Shown one piece after another: positions 7,327 to 11,347 of a stretch of 11,347 bases of DNA. The position numbers were made by a program, and so were the translations under genes. The stretch's first letter is position 1; each line of letters opens with the position of its first letter. The notes under the pieces are model-generated. The model was not told where the DNA came from and made no database searches. It was given only the letters and a program-made list of their open reading frames with translations. This stretch comes from a virus (taxonomy: Duplodnaviria > Heunggongvirae > Uroviricota > Caudoviricetes), in the IMG/VR virus record IMGVR_UViG_2617270980_000009; one strand, given 5' to 3'.

Positions 7327-7354
7327 AGCCCGCCTGTTCAGGCGGGCTTTTTTG
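7327..7354 (+). terminator. Rho-independent terminator downstream of lom
   Basis: agcccgcctg (7327-7336), loop ttc, caggcgggct (7339-7348), followed by tttttt. Confidence 0.6.
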
Positions 7355-7364
7355 TGGGGGGAAT

Positions 7365-10300
7365 ATGGCAGTAAAGATTTCAGGTGTACTGAAAGACGGC
7401 ACAGGAAAACCGGTACAGAACTGCACAATCCAGCTGAAAGCAAAACGTAACAGCACCGCGGTGGTGGTGAACACGCTGGCCTCAGAAAATCCGGATGAAG
7501 CCGGGCGTTACAGCATGGACGTTGAGTACGGTCAGTACAGCGTTATTCTGTTGGTGGAAGGATTCCCGCCGTCACATGCCGGGACCATCACCGTGTATGA
7601 AGATTCCCGACCCGGTACGCTGAATGATTTTCTCGGTGCCATGACGGAGGATGATGCCCGTCCGGAGGCTCTGCGCCGTTTTGAACTGATGGTGGAAGAG
7701 GTGGCGCGTAACGCGTCCGCGGTGGCACAGAACACGGCAGCCGCGAAGAAGTCAGCCGGCGATGCCGGCACATCTGCCCGTGAGGCGGCAACCCATGCGA
7801 CTGATGCTGCAGGCTCAGCACGCGCAGCCAGCACGTCAGCCGGACAGGCCGCTTCGTCGGCTCAGTCAGCGTCTTCCAGCGCAGGAACGGCATCAACAAA
7901 GGCCACTGAAGCGGAAAAAAGTGCTGCCGCTGCAGAGTCCTCAAAAAGCGCGGCAGCTACCAGTGCCAGTGCCGCGAAAACGTCAGAAACGAATGCTGCA
8001 GCGTCACAACAATCAGCAGCCACTTCTGCATCCACCGCGACTACGAAAGCGTCAGAAGCTGCCACCTCAGCCCGGGATGCGTCGGCTTCAAAAGAGGCGG
8101 CAAAATCATCAGAAACGAACGCATCCTCGAGCGCCAGTAGCGCAGCTTCCTCGGCAACGGCGGCAGCAAATTCCGCGAAGGCGGCAAAAACGTCCGAGAC
8201 GAACGCCAGGTCTTCTGAGACGGCAGCGGGACAGAGCGCCTCAGCTGCGGCAGGCTCAAAAACAGCGGCTGCGTCGTCTGCCAGTGCCGCGTCAACAAGT
8301 GCCGGGCAGGCCTCAGCCAGTGCCATCGCCGCCGGAAAATCGGCAGAAAGCGCCGCATCATCCGCTTCAACAGCCACAACGAAGGCTGGCGAAGCCACTG
8401 AACAGGCCAGCGCAGCAGCGAGGTCTGCTTCCGCAGCGAAGACATCCGAAACGAACGCGAAAGCGTCGGAAACCAGCGCAGAATCCTCAAAAACGGCAGC
8501 CGCATCGTCCGCCAGTTCGGCAGCGTCATCGGCATCATCTGCGTCTGCTTCAAAAGATGAGGCGACCAGACAGGCGTCAGCAGCGAAGGGCAGCGCCACG
8601 ACGGCATCCACGAAAGCAACAGAGGCGGCAGGCAGTGCGACGGCTGCATCTCAGAGCAAAACTGCTGCCGAATCTGCTGCGACTCGTGCAGAAGCTGCCG
8701 CTGATCGTGCTGAAGAGATTGCCGGTGCAGTTGCGATGGAAGACGCAAGCCTTACAACTAAAGGTGTTGTGAAACTTAGCAGTGCTGTCGATAGCACCAG
8801 TGAATCTTTAGCCGCGACACCAAAAGCAGTTAAGACCGCATATGATAATGCTGAAAAACGACTACAGAAGGATCAGAATGGTGCTGATATCCCCGACAAG
8901 GGCCGCTTCCTGAATAACATTAATGTTTACAGCAAAGGTGAAGTGGATCAGAAAAAGGGGATGCGATACGTTGTGGTAAATGCCCCGGCGGGTGTCCAGG
9001 AAGGTAAATATTATCCGTTAGTGATAAAAAGGAATGACAGCCATCGGGCATCCCGCGTTGTCATTTCAACGCCAAGTCGCACAGCTAATCACAGAATGAA
9101 TAACTGTGAGTTTAATGGTTTTGTTTGCGCAGGCGGCTGGACGGACCGGGGTAGCTATGCCTGTGGTATGTTCTGGGCTTATTCATCATCGGAACGCGCT
9201 ATTCATTCCATTCTGATGAGTAATAAAGGCGATACCGTAGACAGCGTATTCTATATAGAAGGTGGGGCATTTCCCGTAGAGGTCTTTTTAGAAGAAGGAC
9301 TTTCTGTTACTGCTCCTGCTTCTGATTATGTTGTTGCTGAAACGACTTATAAATTTGGCGCAACTGATCCTTATTCTGAATCAGTTGCGGTAAATTTAAT
9401 TTTAGATTTTAAACAAGGTAATGGATTTTATAGTTCGTATCCTGTTTTGAGTAAGTCAGACATTAGCGGTAATAAGGTTTACGCTAATGATGAAGTTATT
9501 GTCCGTAGTCAGAATGCGTTAAGGATGATTGCTGGCGATTACGGTGTCATATGGCGAAATGATGGAGCAAATACTTACTTGCTCATGACTGATAAAGGCG
9601 ACCAGTACGGTGGCTGGAACGGTCTTCGACCATTTGCAGTAAATAACGCAACAGGTGAAGTGACGATCAATACACCACTTAATTCTCCAAAAGGGGTTAA
9701 GGGGAACTCTGATACAGCTACGAAACTTCAGACTGCAAGAAAAATATCCGGTGTTCCATTTGATGGCTCTACTGATATCACTTTAACCGCCGCGCATGTT
9801 GCCGCTTTCGCAAGAAGAGCAACAGGGTCATATGCTGATGCTGATGGCGGCGTGCCGTGGAATGCTGAATCTGGTGCTTATAATGTAACTAGAACGGGCG
9901 ACAGCTATATTCTGGTTAACTTCTATACCGGAGTCGGAAGTTGCCGGACCTTGCAGATGAAGGCGCATTACAGAAATGGTGGTCTGTTCTACCGTTCTTC
10001 AAGAGACGGTTATGGTTTTGAGGAAGACTGGGCAGAAGTTTATACCTCGAAAAATCTTCCACCAGAAAGCTACCCAGTCGGCGCACCAATCCCGTGGCCA
10101 TCAGATACCGTTCCGTCTGGTTATGCTCTGATGCAGGGGCAGACTTTTGACAAATCTGCCTACCCGAAACTTGCAGCCGCTTATCCGTCAGGCGTGATCC
10201 CTGATATGCGTGGCTGGACGATTAAGGGCAAGCCCGCCAGTGGTCGTGCCGTATTGTCTCAGGAACAGGACGGCATAAAATCGCATACCCACAGCGCCAG

Positions 10301-10763
10301 CGCATCCAGTACGGATTTGGGGACGAAAACCACATCGTCGTTTGATTACGGAACCAAATCCACGAATAACACCGGGGCGCATACCCATAGTATTAGCGGG
10401 ACCGCAAATAGTGCCGGCGCGCACCAACACAAGAGTTCCGGTGCATTTGGTGGCACGAACACGAGCATTTTCCCTAATGGTTATACCGCGATTTCAAATC
10501 CAAGCGCGGGGATTATGAGCACAACAAGCGGTAGTGGCCAGACTCGTAATGCAGGGAAGACATCATCAGATGGTGCTCATACCCACTCGCTGTCCGGCAC
10601 TGCTGCAAGCGCAGGCGCACATGCACATACTGTCGGTATTGGTGCTCATACGCACTCCGTTGCGATTGGCTCACATGGACACACCATCACCGTTAACGCT
10701 GCGGGTAACGCGGAAAACACCGTCAAAAACATCGCATTTAACTATATTGTGAGGCTTGCATAA
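7365..10763 (+). CDS. stf: Side tail fibre protein Stf (lambda Stf / T4 gp37-like), 1132 aa, mosaic with an extended Ala/Ser-rich repeat region and an inserted low-GC central domain
   Basis: N-terminus [26 protein letters not shown]...[16 protein letters not shown] and C-terminus ...[31 protein letters not shown] match lambda Stf from memory. His-x-His repeats (GAHTHS, GAHAHT, GAHTHS, GSHGHT) are present near the C-terminus. The stop overlaps the tfa start (taATG at 10761-10765). Confidence 0.9.
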   Translation: MAVKISGVLKDGTGKPVQNCTIQLKAKRNSTAVVVNTLASENPDEAGRYSMDVEYGQYSVILLVEGFPPSHAGTITVYEDSRPGTLNDFLGAMTEDDARPEALRRFELMVEEVARNASAVAQNTAAAKKSAGDAGTSAREAATHATDAAGSARAASTSAGQAASSAQSASSSAGTASTKATEAEKSAAAAESSKSAAATSASAAKTSETNAAASQQSAATSASTATTKASEAATSARDASASKEAAKSSETNASSSASSAASSATAAANSAKAAKTSETNARSSETAAGQSASAAAGSKTAAASSASAASTSAGQASASAIAAGKSAESAASSASTATTKAGEATEQASAAARSASAAKTSETNAKASETSAESSKTAAASSASSAASSASSASASKDEATRQASAAKGSATTASTKATEAAGSATAASQSKTAAESAATRAEAAADRAEEIAGAVAMEDASLTTKGVVKLSSAVDSTSESLAATPKAVKTAYDNAEKRLQKDQNGADIPDKGRFLNNINVYSKGEVDQKKGMRYVVVNAPAGVQEGKYYPLVIKRNDSHRASRVVISTPSRTANHRMNNCEFNGFVCAGGWTDRGSYACGMFWAYSSSERAIHSILMSNKGDTVDSVFYIEGGAFPVEVFLEEGLSVTAPASDYVVAETTYKFGATDPYSESVAVNLILDFKQGNGFYSSYPVLSKSDISGNKVYANDEVIVRSQNALRMIAGDYGVIWRNDGANTYLLMTDKGDQYGGWNGLRPFAVNNATGEVTINTPLNSPKGVKGNSDTATKLQTARKISGVPFDGSTDITLTAAHVAAFARRATGSYADADGGVPWNAESGAYNVTRTGDSYILVNFYTGVGSCRTLQMKAHYRNGGLFYRSSRDGYGFEEDWAEVYTSKNLPPESYPVGAPIPWPSDTVPSGYALMQGQTFDKSAYPKLAAAYPSGVIPDMRGWTIKGKPASGRAVLSQEQDGIKSHTHSASASSTDLGTKTTSSFDYGTKSTNNTGAHTHSISGTANSAGAHQHKSSGAFGGTNTSIFPNGYTAISNPSAGIMSTTSGSGQTRNAGKTSSDGAHTHSLSGTAASAGAHAHTVGIGAHTHSVAIGSHGHTITVNAAGNAENTVKNIAFNYIVRLA
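7730..8700 (+). repeat. Low-complexity, GC-rich Ala/Ser/Thr repeat region inside stf, with recurring AAKTSETNA-type units
   Basis: Motifs such as [20 protein letters not shown] and KTAAASSAS recur in the translation. The same repetitive DNA yields long spurious ORFs in other frames and on the minus strand. Confidence 0.6.
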
Positions 10764-11347
10764 TGGCATTCAGAATGAGTGAACAAGCACGGACCATAAA
10801 AATTTATAATCTGCTGGCCGGAACTAATGAATTTATTGGTGAAGGTGACGCATATATTCCGCCTCATACAGGTCTGCCAGCAAACAGTACCGATATTGCA
10901 CCACCAGATATTCCGGCAGGCTTCGTGGCTGTTTTCAACAGTGATGAGGCATCGTGGCATCTCGTTGAAGACCATCGGGGTAAAACGGTTTATGACGTGG
11001 CTTCCGGCGACGCGTTATTTATTTCTGAACTCGGTCCGTTACCGGAAAATGTTACCTGGTTGTCGCCGGGAGGGGAATATCAGAAGTGGAACGGCACAGC
11101 CTGGGTGAATGATACGGAAGCAGAAAAACTGTTCCGGATCCGGGAGGCAGAAGAAACAAAAAACAGCCTGATGCAGGTAGCCAGTGAGCATATTGCGCCA
11201 CTTCAGGATGCTGTAGATCTGGAAATCGCAACGGAGGAAGAAACCTTGTTGCTGGAAGCCTGGAAAAAGTATCGGGTGTTGCTGAACCGTGTTAATACAA
11301 CAACTGCACCGGATATTGAATGGCCAACAGTACCCATTATCGAATAG
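10763..11347 (+). CDS. tfa: Tail fibre assembly chaperone Tfa, 194 aa; the stop codon is the last three bases of the window
   Basis: [79 protein letters not shown]... is near-identical to lambda Tfa as I recall it. Translationally coupled to stf. Confidence 0.9.
   Translation: MAFRMSEQARTIKIYNLLAGTNEFIGEGDAYIPPHTGLPANSTDIAPPDIPAGFVAVFNSDEASWHLVEDHRGKTVYDVASGDALFISELGPLPENVTWLSPGGEYQKWNGTAWVNDTEAEKLFRIREAEETKNSLMQVASEHIAPLQDAVDLEIATEEETLLLEAWKKYRVLLNRVNTTTAPDIEWPTVPIIE

Noticed and set aside
7532-8772. Long ORFs overlapping stf in other frames and on the minus strand (7762..8772 +, 7862..8611 -, 8041..8748 -, 7588..7944 -, 7532..7834 -)
   Set aside because: They fall within the GC-rich Ala/Ser repeat region of stf; their translations are low-complexity (Arg/Pro/Gln-rich or Ala/Asp-rich) and reflect the repeat structure, not independent genes.
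1-11347. CRISPR arrays, tRNA or rRNA genes, integrase or att sites
   Set aside because: No regularly spaced direct repeats with unique spacers, no cloverleaf-like tRNA candidates and no recombinase ORF were found by inspection; the only repeats are the stf coding repeats and the short junction repeats already reported.

Overview
This window reads as the right-hand part of a decayed, mosaic lambdoid prophage of an enterobacterial (E. coli/Shigella-like) genome. All calls are made by eye from the sequence and from recalled protein families; no search or computation was run. Left to right: (1) the first 316 bp are one end of an IS1 element with a truncated insA on the minus strand; (2) a 684-aa SGNH/DUF303-type esterase resembling prophage NanS-p sialate O-acetylesterases; (3) two small plus-strand ORFs with strong Shine-Dalgarno sites; (4) an AT-rich island holding a minus-strand 97-aa ORF and, divergent from it, an overlapping gene pair that resembles the phage Mu com/mom DNA-modification module, preceded by a perfect palindrome and three GATC sites; (5) the C-terminal ~575 codons of a lambda J-like host-specificity gene, lacking its 5' part and carrying at least three frame changes within ~170 bp; (6) intact lom, a 1132-aa mosaic side tail fibre gene (stf) and tfa, with clean rho-independent terminators around lom. 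The most interesting element is the Mu-like com/mom cassette sitting where the 5' part of J should be. No tRNA, rRNA or CRISPR array was seen.
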